A DNA stretch of 64,000 nt from a virus: positions 1-64,000 of IMG/VR virus record IMGVR_UViG_3300027749_000055; one strand, given 5' to 3'. Shown in pieces: positions 47,821 to 57,599 of this stretch. The notes under the pieces are model-generated. The model made no database searches and had not been told where the DNA came from. It saw nothing but the letters and a program-made list of their open reading frames with translations. Each line of letters opens with the position of its first letter. Position 1 is the stretch's first letter. The translations under genes were made by a program, and so were the position numbers.

Positions 47821-48218
47821 AGTTGTCCTAGAAATTGGTTAATTGCTTCCGAGAGTTGTGAGGTTATCTCAGGCACTTGTTCCTCGAAGGGGATTTCGAG
47901 GAACTTTGCTTGACCGCCGTGGGGGTGGTGCATTTGCAGGTCTTCGTGAACCTTGACCGCATAGTCCACCAAACCACCGCCATAGGAGATAGACGCATAC
48001 ATTTCTTCGTTACCTTCGGGGTCTTTGGTCAGCACTTCGCCGGAATCCCGCAGCCTACCCGTGAGAACCGGAATAAGGGGCTGGCTGTTCTCGTAAATGA
48101 TTTGAGCGTTGTCCTCGAAGACTTTTTGAACAACCTTGGGAATTCCTCTTTGCGCTTTTTTAAGGTTCTTTTTGAAATTGGAATCCTCGACCTTGATACT
48201 GATTGCCTTGCCCTTCAT
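47817..48218 (-). CDS. HK97 gp10-like neck protein
   Basis: PV.TG.LRDSG...YAVKVHE...GQAKFLE. Confidence 0.8.
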   Translation of the reverse strand: MKGKAISIKVEDSNFKKNLKKAQRGIPKVVQKVFEDNAQIIYENSQPLIPVLTGRLRDSGEVLTKDPEGNEEMYASISYGGGLVDYAVKVHEDLQMHHPHGGQAKFLEIPFEEQVPEITSQLSEAINQFLGQL

Positions 48219-48220
48219 AA

Positions 48221-48655
48221 CTACTCGAAGTGAATTGTCGTGTTGTATCCAACTATGCCGGTTTCGTCATAGTTGTTCTCAATGAACGCAATGACGGGGT
48301 GCTGCAGGGCGGGCTGAACTTGTTGTGGAACCGTGAGGCGGGCTTCTGTCGAGATTTGCGGGAAAAATCCAGCGAGGTAGGCACGACCAGAACTTTTGCG
48401 GTCACGCCCGTCTTTGCTTGGGACGATTTTTACCGAGTATTCCAAACGGCACTGATACGTCACGCCCGCTTGCCACTCGACGTTGCCGGAGACGGAGGGC
48501 GTTCCGGTGCTAGTGGAATCGTGTCGTCCATACAAGTCCAAGACGGGCGTAGGGGTTCCCGAAGCACTGACGGGCGTGTAGGCAGTGACGGGCGTGGGGT
48601 TTTCCACGATAATCGTCTGCGTCATCACCTCTAGAAGTTCGGGGTCAATAGTCAT
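48221..48655 (-). CDS. head closure/adaptor protein
   Basis: Position; D.YG motif. Confidence 0.65.
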   Translation of the reverse strand: MTIDPELLEVMTQTIIVENPTPVTAYTPVSASGTPTPVLDLYGRHDSTSTGTPSVSGNVEWQAGVTYQCRLEYSVKIVPSKDGRDRKSSGRAYLAGFFPQISTEARLTVPQQVQPALQHPVIAFIENNYDETGIVGYNTTIHFE

Positions 48656-48666
48656 TACATTGAGTC

Positions 48667-49140
48667 CTATCCGCCACCGTTTTGCGGGTTGTAGCCCGTT
48701 CCGTAGGTGGTGGTAACACCCAGCACGGACTCGGACGGCCAATCGTTGGGAGAGGCGTAATAGGGGTCAAACTTGCCAATAACAAACTCCGCACCAAGGG
48801 CGTTGGAGTCTACGTTCACCATTGGTGGGTTCACACGGCGTGAGCGGGCAAGCAAGTCCTTCGAGAGACGTTGATACTGTTGCGCCTTGTCGCCAAACGA
48901 CTTGCTGAGGCTAAGTCCACCAACTGACTTGCTGGTGCTTTGGGCCCCTCCCGTGTAAAAAGCGGCAATGCTCTGTGCCACCGTCGAGGCGGCTCGGTAG
49001 ATTTCACCACCGAACTCAGCGAGGCAAAAAGCGATTTCCTCGTCCTGAATCAACGGCGAGTCAATATCGGTGTCGCCCACCAACCAGCGAATTGCGTCCT
49101 TCTTCGAGGTTGTGGGGTCTGCGCTATAAGTCCAAGACAT
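48667..49140 (-). CDS. head-tail connector protein
   Basis: SWTY..DP...D.IR.LVGDTD...L.DEEI...VG.LSLS. Confidence 0.75.
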   Translation of the reverse strand: MSWTYSADPTTSKKDAIRWLVGDTDIDSPLIQDEEIAFCLAEFGGEIYRAASTVAQSIAAFYTGGAQSTSKSVGGLSLSKSFGDKAQQYQRLSKDLLARSRRVNPPMVNVDSNALGAEFVIGKFDPYYASPNDWPSESVLGVTTTYGTGYNPQNGGG

Positions 49141-49150
49141 TTTTACACTC

Positions 49151-49492
49151 CTACATTGGTTGATAATCAAAGCGCATTGAACCCGTGAGGATTCGCTGTG
49201 CGTTATTCGAAATTTGAGTTGCGGTGATTTGGAAATACCAGCGACCAGCGGTCAAACCGGAGAGTTCGTTGTTTGTCCACGCAACAACGAGATTTGCTGT
49301 TCCGTTTGCGCCATTACTGCTCGTAAAACCGACGGTCTTAGTGATTTTGGCGGTGTTCGGCGGTTGCCCAATCTTCATTGAGAACGTCCAGCCGGTAGTG
49401 AAATCTACGGGGTTGCCACCTGCGTCGAGCCAGCGAAAGTTTGCTGCGGGAAGGCTGGAGGCGGGGGTGGGGTATTCAAGCGTGTCGGGCAT
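49151..49492 (-). CDS. virion structural protein (BppU-N-like)
   Basis: G.PVDFT.G...L.AG.W...G pattern. Confidence 0.55.
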   Translation of the reverse strand: MPDTLEYPTPASSLPAANFRWLDAGGNPVDFTTGWTFSMKIGQPPNTAKITKTVGFTSSNGANGTANLVVAWTNNELSGLTAGRWYFQITATQISNNAQRILTGSMRFDYQPM

Positions 49493-50325
49493 TAGGAGTT
49501 GTTCCACTTTCTCTCGGTAAAGAAGGATACCTCGCCCTCTTGGAAAACCTCGGTGGACTGCGGTTCAACAACGGTGGCAAACGTGGCGGTTTCGGCACTT
49601 GTGGCAGTGTTGTGGTCGGTTTGAGAACCCGTGGTCAGGAACTCGGTAAAAAGAATCGGGCTGGTGAGAATGATTTGAGTGACGTAAGCCCACACGCTCG
49701 TCGCTTGGGTGAGCGCAGCCTGCCCGTCCTTGCTAAATACCGCCCGTTTAATTGCGGTGACGGTCTGAGACAACGCCGAGGACACGTTTTGAACCCGTCG
49801 AACAGCCCTGACGGACGATACGGCTTGCGTCTCCGAAGCAGAACCAACCACTTTATGAACAACCGTTTTAGCACCCCTTGTGGCTTGTGATTCGGCATTG
49901 GCGGAACGACGAACCAGCGTTCTAGCCGCCGTGCCGACAGCCGATTCGGTTTGTGTTTCAATGCCAACCTGCGTGTGAATGGTTGCACGATTGGAAACGG
50001 TTGCTTCCGCAAGTATTTCTGAGCCAAGGCGGATTTTGACGGTGTTGGTATTTCCCAACGCCGATTCCAAAAGTGGATTCGCCCCAGAACGACCCAGAGC
50101 GGTGTTTTTACCACCATTGACCGCTTCGGTTCCCGCCACAGAATTCGAGCGAACCAATACAAGTGTGCGTGTTCCAATTGCGCTTTGTAGCAAACTTGCT
50201 ACGCCGACGACGTTGTAAGCGGTTCCCGAAAACGAGATTCCGTAATACAAGCCAGAGAAGGGCGTGTTGCCTCCGCCGTTGTAGAGGGTGCTAAAAACTC
50301 CGTAGGTAGGTTTGGTTATGGGCAT
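49492..50325 (-). CDS. putative structural protein
   Basis: Degenerate A/S/T-rich repeats; structural operon. Confidence 0.55.
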   Translation of the reverse strand: MPITKPTYGVFSTLYNGGGNTPFSGLYYGISFSGTAYNVVGVASLLQSAIGTRTLVLVRSNSVAGTEAVNGGKNTALGRSGANPLLESALGNTNTVKIRLGSEILAEATVSNRATIHTQVGIETQTESAVGTAARTLVRRSANAESQATRGAKTVVHKVVGSASETQAVSSVRAVRRVQNVSSALSQTVTAIKRAVFSKDGQAALTQATSVWAYVTQIILTSPILFTEFLTTGSQTDHNTATSAETATFATVVEPQSTEVFQEGEVSFFTERKWNNS

Positions 50326-50340
50326 AGCCCGTCACCAGCC

Positions 50341-50997
50341 TTAGTTGCTCATCAACCAAGTAGGCGTGAAGTTCAACGAGTCGTTGGGGGTCAAAACGGG
50401 GCTAGAAGCGTCCGCAAAGTTGGCTGCGTAGAGGGCGGTTCCACCCGACAAAGCCGTGGCAATAAAGAAGCCGTTAGCCGCAGTCCACGTTCCCTGAGCC
50501 GAGAAGACCGAGTTCGAGGCAGGAACGGACTTCATACCCGTCACAGCGTCACCAAACGTCACCGTTGCGCCGTTGGATTGGTTCGAGGCAAGGGGCGACG
50601 AGAGAACGACTTGGTTTCCGACAATGGCGGTCACGACCTTGACGGACTCCGTGCCGACCACAATGCTCATACCGACGGTCAGCGTTTTACTACTTGGGGC
50701 AACGCTGGTAAGGGTCACAACTTGAACGCCAGCGAGGACTGCGCCGTTGAGGGTCGTAGTTCCAAAAGGCGTGGTGTAAGAGGTGGCGACAGCGGGGGTT
50801 CCGTAAGTAACAGTCTGACGAGCGTAGTTCTGACCCGAAACCTCAACAATCGCAGGGGAACCGCCCGCCGCTGGAACTGTCGTGCCAGAAAGACTCGTAA
50901 ACAAACCAACATACAACTGCGAGTAGGTCACAGGGGAAGCCGTGATGACCTGATTGAACAGGACTGTAAGACCGCTATTGAGGAAAACCTGTGCCAC
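50341..50997 (-). CDS. tail-fibre-associated structural protein
   Basis: LYVGLFT...EVSG.NYARQ.V...ALSGG. Confidence 0.7.
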   Translation of the reverse strand: MAQVFLNSGLTVLFNQVITASPVTYSQLYVGLFTSLSGTTVPAAGGSPAIVEVSGQNYARQTVTYGTPAVATSYTTPFGTTTLNGAVLAGVQVVTLTSVAPSSKTLTVGMSIVVGTESVKVVTAIVGNQVVLSSPLASNQSNGATVTFGDAVTGMKSVPASNSVFSAQGTWTAANGFFIATALSGGTALYAANFADASSPVLTPNDSLNFTPTWLMSN

Positions 50998-51053
50998 GCA
51001 TACTCCTAGGGGACGTTATTCTCCCCCTAGTCTGCCACAAAGTTTGGAAAAAC

Positions 51054-51305
51054 CTACTGTGCGGGCGGGGTGGCTGGCTCAGGCAAAGCGGCAAGTTCTT
51101 CGATGTGAACCTGCAGGGCCTGGTCGAGGTTGGCAATCGAAGCCGTGGCATAATCAACGGCATTGGTATCGCCCGTGAGTTCGGCAACCTTCAGGTTCAG
51201 GCTGTGCTGGTAAGCCTCAGCCGCAAATTGCTGAATTCGCTGGGTCAGAAGTTCACGCTTCTGGTCGTCGGTAAGAAGTGCTGAGTAATCCATAGATTTC
51301 ATCAT
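51054..51305 (-). CDS. small coiled-coil protein (possible fibre chaperone)
   Basis: Downstream of fibre gene. Confidence 0.55.
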   Translation of the reverse strand: MMKSMDYSALLTDDQKRELLTQRIQQFAAEAYQHSLNLKVAELTGDTNAVDYATASIANLDQALQVHIEELAALPEPATPPAQ

Positions 51306-51403
51306 AGCGCACTATTCGCTTGGATAAGGGAACTTTTGCCAAGCCATAAAGCGTTGTGAGTGGGGGTAAATACGCTAATCATTTGATTAGCCTAAATTAT
51401 CCT

Positions 51404-54400
51404 TTATTGAAGGCCCAGAACGGTGAACGTAAAATAGTTGTAGGTGGGGGCGGTTGTTGGTGAACCGCTGTATTCCGTTTGAAAACTTAACGTAGTTGAA
51501 CCGCTGGTGCTAATGGTAATAGGCCAAGTAACGGAGTGAGAATTAAGCGAAGTAGATGTTGATGATGCTTGCCCAAGCGTATAAAAAGTAGTTGCTCCGG
51601 CGGTTATGGTTCCGGTGCTTAATGCAACTTGTCCCAACATACGAACCGAAGTGTTGGCGGCAACGGTTTGAGTCATACTGAATGAAACCAAATACTGGGT
51701 AAAACCCGACACAGTTACACTGTTTTGCGTTACAAATGATGAGGTTTGTTGAACAGCAATGTTGTTGTAACTAAACCAATAGTTGTTAGGAATACCAGCA
51801 CCAAGGTTGGTCAAAGCACCTGTTGCGGTTGTTGCGCCAGTACCACCGTTGGCAACGGGTACGGCACTTCCGTTCCAAGTTCCTGAAGTAATAGTTCCAA
51901 CGGTGGTGATTGAAGATGAACCGGCGAGGGGCGACAATGTTGCTTCAGCGGCTAACGCCCGTGTTTTTTCTACACCAACGGCAGAATCGGCGTAAGCGGT
52001 AGTTGCAAGTTGGGTCGAGTTGGTAAGCGCAGTAGCGGTGGGAGCGGTAGGGGTTCCCGTTAAAACAGGAGAAGCAAGTGGGGCTTTAAACGTTAAATCA
52101 GTTGATGTAGCAAGCGTTGCCGACGAAGGGATTGTCGTGCCGTTTACCGAAGTTACATTTGGAAGCGACACGGTTGCGCTGGTAATAAGCGTTGCCGAGG
52201 CGGGAATAGACGTTCCGTTTACCGTCGTCAGGCTGGGCAACGAGGTGGTGGCGGTTGTTACCAAGGTAGATGAAGCGGGAATCGTGGTTCCATTGACGCT
52301 GGTAACGCTCGGTAATGAAGTTACATTGGAAGCCATTGCGCCGAGGTTGGTGAGCGCACCAGAAGCGGTGGTTGAGCCGGTTCCACCCGCTAAAACAGGG
52401 AGGGTTCCAGCCGTAAGTGCTGATGAGGAAGTTGAATAAATAGCGTTATTTGCTGCCGTAAAATTAGTTAAGTTTGTTCCGCCATTAGCGGTGGGTAAAA
52501 CACCCGTTACGCCAGAAGTAAGGGGCAAATCCGTTGCGTTTGTCAGGGTTCCCGATAAGGGTGTTCCTAGCGCACCACCCGAAACCACAAGGGTTGCTGA
52601 CAACGGAATCGTCGTTCCATTCACCGAGGTAACGCTCGGCAAGGAAGTTGTCGCAGAGGTAATCAGCGTGGCACTAGCAGGGATACTGGTTCCATTAACC
52701 GTCGTGAGGCTAGGTAGCGAGGTTGTTGCCGTCGTTACCAAAGTTGCTGATGAGGGAATGGTAGTTCCGTTGATAGACGTGGCAGTAGCGACACCCAATG
52801 ACGGCGTAGTGAAAGACGGACTTACTAGCGGGGCTTTGGCAGCAAGGTCGGTGGTGAGGTTAGTTACTTGTGATTCCGTAACAACAAGGCTGGGAAGGCT
52901 TGTAGTTGCTGAAGTGGCAAGCGTCGCTGACGAGGGAATGGTCGTGCCGTTGATGGTAGTGGCGGTGGCAACTCCAAGCGAAGGGGTGGTAAAACTTGGA
53001 CTGACCAACGGGGCGTATGAAGCCAATTGACCGTAAGCAACTGCGTCGCTAGAGGCAGTGCCGTTAGCCAGACCCGTAATCTTGTTGCTGTAGGCGTTGA
53101 TTACCCAAGTAGGCGCACCAGCCGAGCCTGTGTTGGAAACACCGAACAAAGCCGTTCCTGCGGTATCCTGAACTTGTAAAACATCGGCGGTTTGACCCGT
53201 CGTTGTGGCGGTTCCCGTCGAAGTCGCACCCGTGGTTGCGCTGGTAATCGTGAACAAAATACCTGTAGCCGTGGCGATTGTGTAGGTTCCGTTGTAATTG
53301 GTTGTTCCCGTGATTACAACGGTCTGACCAACCGAGAAGTAGTGGTTGGCGGTGACGGTAATGGTCGTTCCGTTTCCAACAATCGCCGTAATTGAGGCGG
53401 TGTTTTGAACCGCTCGAACCACAAATGAAGTTGAACCACCACCCATAATCCAGCGTCCTGATGTATCGGCTCGCAGTAGGGTGTTGGTTGGGGCGGAGCG
53501 CAGTGAAATCAAGTCACCCGTGTTTACACCGTTTTGATAAATAGCAAGTCCGGGCAAGTTTGAGCCTGCATAGTTTGGGAGAGTAAGTACCCCCAACTGG
53601 TTCGCACCTGCAACTCGTATGTAAGGGCCTGTGTGATATAAGGCTTCGCTGAGGGTGGTTGTGCCATTATACTTAGTACCAGTTTGTAAAACTGTTGTTC
53701 CAATTGCGTCTTTCACCACCAACCCATAGGTGGTATTTGTGTATGCGGTTGCGGTTCCGCCCGATGTGTAAGTTCCAGTTGCGGTTGAGGCGATGGTGAA
53801 ACTCGTTGAGGAAACTGCCGTAATAGCCGCACCTGAACCCCCAACGTTAAACGCACCCGTTGGTACTGAAACCACACCCGTAACAGTGACATACTGACCA
53901 ACGCTAAATGAGTTGTTTGCGGTAAACGTCACCGAACCGGCAGAGGGCGAACCTGCTGCCACACCTGTAATGGTTGCGGTAGCACCTTGTTGTTGAATCG
54001 TCATTGTTGAGTTGGCGGTTGTAGTTCCCGAAGCGGTAGTGATACCGCCTAGCGTGACGGTGTTGTTGAAGGTATTAGCACCTGAAAAGGAATTTGTGCG
54101 AGACAAATATGGTTTATTGGCGTCGGCTACTACTGGCTCCCACGATGTAGACGCCGAATTGTAAACCACCACAAGCGTTTGATACTGCGTTGAGGAAGCG
54201 GCGGCGGCAGAGGTGGTGGAACCACGAATCGTGTCCGAGCCACTAGGCGCAAGAGTGGTTGTTCCTGTTCCTATATTGACAACGCCTACCTGAGTACCGT
54301 TAGCAGGGGCGGCAGGCAGTGTGACCGTTGTGTTTCCACTACCGTTCATCACGACAAAATCGCCAGCAACGGCGTTGGCGGAGGCGGTCTGAACGGTTGG

Positions 54401-55069
54401 TGTTAGGGAGCGACCAATCCATTGTCCGTAAGCCACAGCGTCCGAAGCCGACGTGCCGTTAGCCAGGCCCGTAATCTTCTGCGAGTTGAGGGTGATAAGT
54501 CCAGCCGAGGAAATCGCAACGAGGTTTGTTCCCGCCGAGTTTTGGATATCTACCAAGTCGCCCGTTTGTGAAGCAAGACCCTTGACGATTAGACCTACTG
54601 CAGAAGTCGAGGACGGGTTCAGGGTTGGCGAGAGAAGCGGGGCATACGTCGTTGGAATTGTGGAAATTACACTCCACAAAGCAGAAAAGTCGGTTCCGCC
54701 GATAAAGGGGAAGCAGTTGAGGTTTGCCGACGAGCCAGCCGAGTGAGCGGATTTTGGCGTTCCGTCCCAACCTCGCCCGTTATTGGTTCCGTCTGTCCAA
54801 ATCGTGACTACGCCCGTGGAGACGTTTACCGCTGAACAAAGTATGTGTTCTTCCGCTGCCGTGCCAAAATCCACAACTACGGTGAAAACTCCCGACGTTC
54901 CAAGGGGATTGGAAGTGCGCTGACCGTTGATTCCCGTTTCATACCACGTCGAAGCGTCCGCAATCGTGAAAGTCGTCTCGACATAAGTGCTAGAAAGCGT
55001 TGTGGTCGGGTATGAGGGATTGGCTGAACCTGCGACAGAGCGAAGTGCGGTAGCCAAGGGGTATGCCAT
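51404..55069 (-). CDS. tail fibre protein
   Basis: KITGLANGT..SDAV, APL.SP.FT, PVANGGTGATTA motifs; ~24-aa repeats. Confidence 0.85.
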   Translation of the reverse strand: MAYPLATALRSVAGSANPSYPTTTLSSTYVETTFTIADASTWYETGINGQRTSNPLGTSGVFTVVVDFGTAAEEHILCSAVNVSTGVVTIWTDGTNNGRGWDGTPKSAHSAGSSANLNCFPFIGGTDFSALWSVISTIPTTYAPLLSPTLNPSSTSAVGLIVKGLASQTGDLVDIQNSAGTNLVAISSAGLITLNSQKITGLANGTSASDAVAYGQWIGRSLTPTVQTASANAVAGDFVVMNGSGNTTVTLPAAPANGTQVGVVNIGTGTTTLAPSGSDTIRGSTTSAAAASSTQYQTLVVVYNSASTSWEPVVADANKPYLSRTNSFSGANTFNNTVTLGGITTASGTTTANSTMTIQQQGATATITGVAAGSPSAGSVTFTANNSFSVGQYVTVTGVVSVPTGAFNVGGSGAAITAVSSTSFTIASTATGTYTSGGTATAYTNTTYGLVVKDAIGTTVLQTGTKYNGTTTLSEALYHTGPYIRVAGANQLGVLTLPNYAGSNLPGLAIYQNGVNTGDLISLRSAPTNTLLRADTSGRWIMGGGSTSFVVRAVQNTASITAIVGNGTTITVTANHYFSVGQTVVITGTTNYNGTYTIATATGILFTITSATTGATSTGTATTTGQTADVLQVQDTAGTALFGVSNTGSAGAPTWVINAYSNKITGLANGTASSDAVAYGQLASYAPLVSPSFTTPSLGVATATTINGTTIPSSATLATSATTSLPSLVVTESQVTNLTTDLAAKAPLVSPSFTTPSLGVATATSINGTTIPSSATLVTTATTSLPSLTTVNGTSIPASATLITSATTSLPSVTSVNGTTIPLSATLVVSGGALGTPLSGTLTNATDLPLTSGVTGVLPTANGGTNLTNFTAANNAIYSTSSSALTAGTLPVLAGGTGSTTASGALTNLGAMASNVTSLPSVTSVNGTTIPASSTLVTTATTSLPSLTTVNGTSIPASATLITSATVSLPNVTSVNGTTIPSSATLATSTDLTFKAPLASPVLTGTPTAPTATALTNSTQLATTAYADSAVGVEKTRALAAEATLSPLAGSSSITTVGTITSGTWNGSAVPVANGGTGATTATGALTNLGAGIPNNYWFSYNNIAVQQTSSFVTQNSVTVSGFTQYLVSFSMTQTVAANTSVRMLGQVALSTGTITAGATTFYTLGQASSTSTSLNSHSVTWPITISTSGSTTLSFQTEYSGSPTTAPTYNYFTFTVLGLQ

Positions 55070-55073
55070 AGCG

Positions 55074-56201
55074 TTATTCTACGCTGACGATTTTTATTTT
55101 ACCCTTGTATTCGTGGGAATAAGAAAGCCGTGGGCTTGGTTGCCAATTGGAAAACTTGGCCACTCGGTTTTCCCTATGCATTGTATCCGTCCGTTTGACG
55201 TGGTTTTTTGACGTAGCCCGCCAGAATGGAGAAGCGTCTCGATATGCACCCATACGGGGGTGAGTTGTTTTGGCAAAGTAGCGGTAGCCGGAGGCAGTGA
55301 AATATTCCCCCAGCCAATCCGAAAGTCGCACCCCCAGCCCTAAACCTTGAAAATCGGGCAGAGTAACAACCCTGTGCCCCCGCCAAGCGTTTTTTAGGGT
55401 TCCGCTGGGAAGAGTGATTGCTGAGGCGAAGGCGGCTGGTCGTCCGTCAATAACGGCGACAAAGCATTTGGAAGCAATTGAAATATCTCCCGTGAGGTAG
55501 TGGTGTTCCAAGAAATGCGACCACAAGCCTCGGCTGACTTCATATACGTCTGCCACCAATTTTGGTTGTTGAAGACACTCCTTAGGACGAATGGCATACA
55601 TACCGGAATCGGTATCCACAACCCAATCGGGCTGTAGCCAAGGTAAAACGTCACGGTGGCAGGTGGCAAAGACCACGCCCGTAATTCTATTTTTCCGAAT
55701 GAACCCGCTAATTGAGCGTGATGTAGCCATAGCCACGGTTCTGTCTACGACGGAGGTGAACTCGTCAATTGCCGCTTCATTTTCCAATTGTCGAGCAAGG
55801 TCGGCTCGGAATTTCTCCCCCACAGACAAAACGTCGTAGGGCTTCAGCCACGTCGGAACGGAAGACAAGCCCACGGCGTAGAACTTCTCGGCGGCTTCGT
55901 CCGCAGTGGAAAAATGGTCGGCAATCGTCTTGTCGGACGACCACTCGACGAGCGTGGAAGAAAAGTTTTCTTTCAGAAGAGTGGATTTGCCCGTTCCTGA
56001 GCCACCGACGATTACGCCGACGTTCCACCCCTCAGGTAGTTCTGGGAGTATCCACGGGTCGAAATTAGCCCTTTTGTCGGGGTCGTAGTCAAATCGGCTG
56101 ACCAACTCCCTAGCGACGCCCTGAGGGGCTACAGGGGTCGTCAGAGGGGTTCCTAGACGCTCTAGTGGTGTCCAAGCGTCTTCGAAGGCGAGAGAACTCA
56201 T
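55074..56201 (-). CDS. ABC-type ATPase fused to GNAT acetyltransferase
   Basis: GGSGTGKS, LSVGE, IDEFTSVVDR, H-loop; HHYL...RVVTLPDFQGLGLG. Confidence 0.85.
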   Translation of the reverse strand: MSSLAFEDAWTPLERLGTPLTTPVAPQGVARELVSRFDYDPDKRANFDPWILPELPEGWNVGVIVGGSGTGKSTLLKENFSSTLVEWSSDKTIADHFSTADEAAEKFYAVGLSSVPTWLKPYDVLSVGEKFRADLARQLENEAAIDEFTSVVDRTVAMATSRSISGFIRKNRITGVVFATCHRDVLPWLQPDWVVDTDSGMYAIRPKECLQQPKLVADVYEVSRGLWSHFLEHHYLTGDISIASKCFVAVIDGRPAAFASAITLPSGTLKNAWRGHRVVTLPDFQGLGLGVRLSDWLGEYFTASGYRYFAKTTHPRMGAYRDASPFWRATSKNHVKRTDTMHRENRVAKFSNWQPSPRLSYSHEYKGKIKIVSVE

Positions 56202-56782
56202 TTGCAGGCGCAGTTGTCACTGCAACAAGCGGTTTTTGCTTGCTCGGAATCCCACAGAACCTTGGTGATGACAATTTGGTTCGCCAAGTCAAGGAGGCTG
56301 TCCGTGACGTTTTCGTGGTTCATTTTTTTTCCACCAAAGAAGTTGGTCAAGCGTTGCACTTTCTCCAAAGCACGAACAAAGCACGACTTCCAAGCCGGAA
56401 CACCAATGGCTTCGGCAGCGACGTAGTTGGCATACGGGTCTGCGCCCGTGCCGTAGTCGTTGGACTTGGAAATATGAATAGTTAGCATTTCTGCTAACAC
56501 CGCACGGAATCGAGGGTCGCCACCTTCGGGGAACTCTGGCTTGGTGTAGGGCGTTCCGTCGGGGTTCACACGACGACGACCCGAACCGGCTCGCACGACC
56601 TTGGGCGGAAGGCTAGTGAAATAGAACGTTCCGTTGCTGGTTTCGCTGGTATTGCCACCCGCAACGGTAACTTTGGCGAAGGGGGTGTGCAACTGCTTTT
56701 CCTGAATCTTGCGTTCTTCTTCACGCAAAAACCTGTTTACCCGCTTGGTGTAAGCGGGGCTGGTCAGTGATTCTTCGGTCAT
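56198..56782 (-). CDS. DUF1599/nucleotide-modification-associated helical domain protein
   Basis: K.NDYG...DP.AN...K..RL...D.LLDLAN. Confidence 0.7.
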   Translation of the reverse strand: MTEESLTSPAYTKRVNRFLREEERKIQEKQLHTPFAKVTVAGGNTSETSNGTFYFTSLPPKVVRAGSGRRRVNPDGTPYTKPEFPEGGDPRFRAVLAEMLTIHISKSNDYGTGADPYANYVAAEAIGVPAWKSCFVRALEKVQRLTNFFGGKKMNHENVTDSLLDLANQIVITKVLWDSEQAKTACCSDNCACK

Positions 56783-57258
56783 TCCGACTCCCTTCTTTCC
56801 AATTCAACAAGCGTGTGAATCTCGCTTGTCAATTTTTTGACGGCTCGAACTTCCCTTTGCAGTTCTTTGATTAGTTCACCGCTAGTCTTCGAGATGGTTA
56901 AGTGAGATAAGGCTTGCTCTGCGGCTACAGCGTCCGCTCGCTTCGCAGCGATAAGAAGGATTGCGCCCTGCAGACCCGCCAGCATAGACAAAAAAAGGTT
57001 GAGCAAGATGTATGGGTAAACGTCCCACGCACTGTGGCGCAGGATAAGTGAGTTTGTAGTTGCCCACAAAACCATAAACAGTAAGAATGAAGCAACAAAC
57101 CCCCACGAACCCATACGGTTGCGAACTGCGTCAGCGGCTTTTTCACCACGGGTCAGTTCTGCGCCCGTGCGGACGCCTGGGAGGTGTGTCCAAGGGTTGC
57201 TGGGGTCGAACCACGCCTCGGTTTCTATCCCGTCAGTCCACGCTTGAACTTCTGCCAT
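56779..57258 (-). CDS. DUF1003 membrane protein
   Basis: GEKAAD...GSW.F...D.YPYILLNLFLS.LA..Q. Confidence 0.85.
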   Translation of the reverse strand: MAEVQAWTDGIETEAWFDPSNPWTHLPGVRTGAELTRGEKAADAVRNRMGSWGFVASFLLFMVLWATTNSLILRHSAWDVYPYILLNLFLSMLAGLQGAILLIAAKRADAVAAEQALSHLTISKTSGELIKELQREVRAVKKLTSEIHTLVELERRESE

Positions 57259-57599
57259 TATGCCAAGACCTCAGCACGGGTCACGATTTTGATGTTGTTG
57301 AGTTGTTCTAACACTTCGGGACGGTATTGGTGGTAGGCATACACGGGCTTGCGGAGAAGTGTGGCGACCAAAATCTCACTTTTGGCAATGTCGTCTCGAC
57401 CCCACGCCGGTAAAACAATTACAGCGTCAGCGTCCAAAAGGGCGTTCATACGTTGAGTGTTGCTCGACAAATACTCCATTGGATTTTGAAGGTTGCAATT
57501 TTTCCGTAAAAGTGTGCCGTAAGCCTCGTCAAATGAAGCAATGTTGTTGTTGGGCAGTCCAGCCGTCGGGCCGGTCAGGTAGTAACGAATGTCGCTCAC
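57258..57599 (-). CDS. DUF4406 / nucleoside deoxyribosyltransferase-like protein
   Basis: YLTGP..GLP..N...F...NP...DAVIVLP.W...E. Confidence 0.75.
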   Translation of the reverse strand: MSDIRYYLTGPTAGLPNNNIASFDEAYGTLLRKNCNLQNPMEYLSSNTQRMNALLDADAVIVLPAWGRDDIAKSEILVATLLRKPVYAYHQYRPEVLEQLNNIKIVTRAEVLA

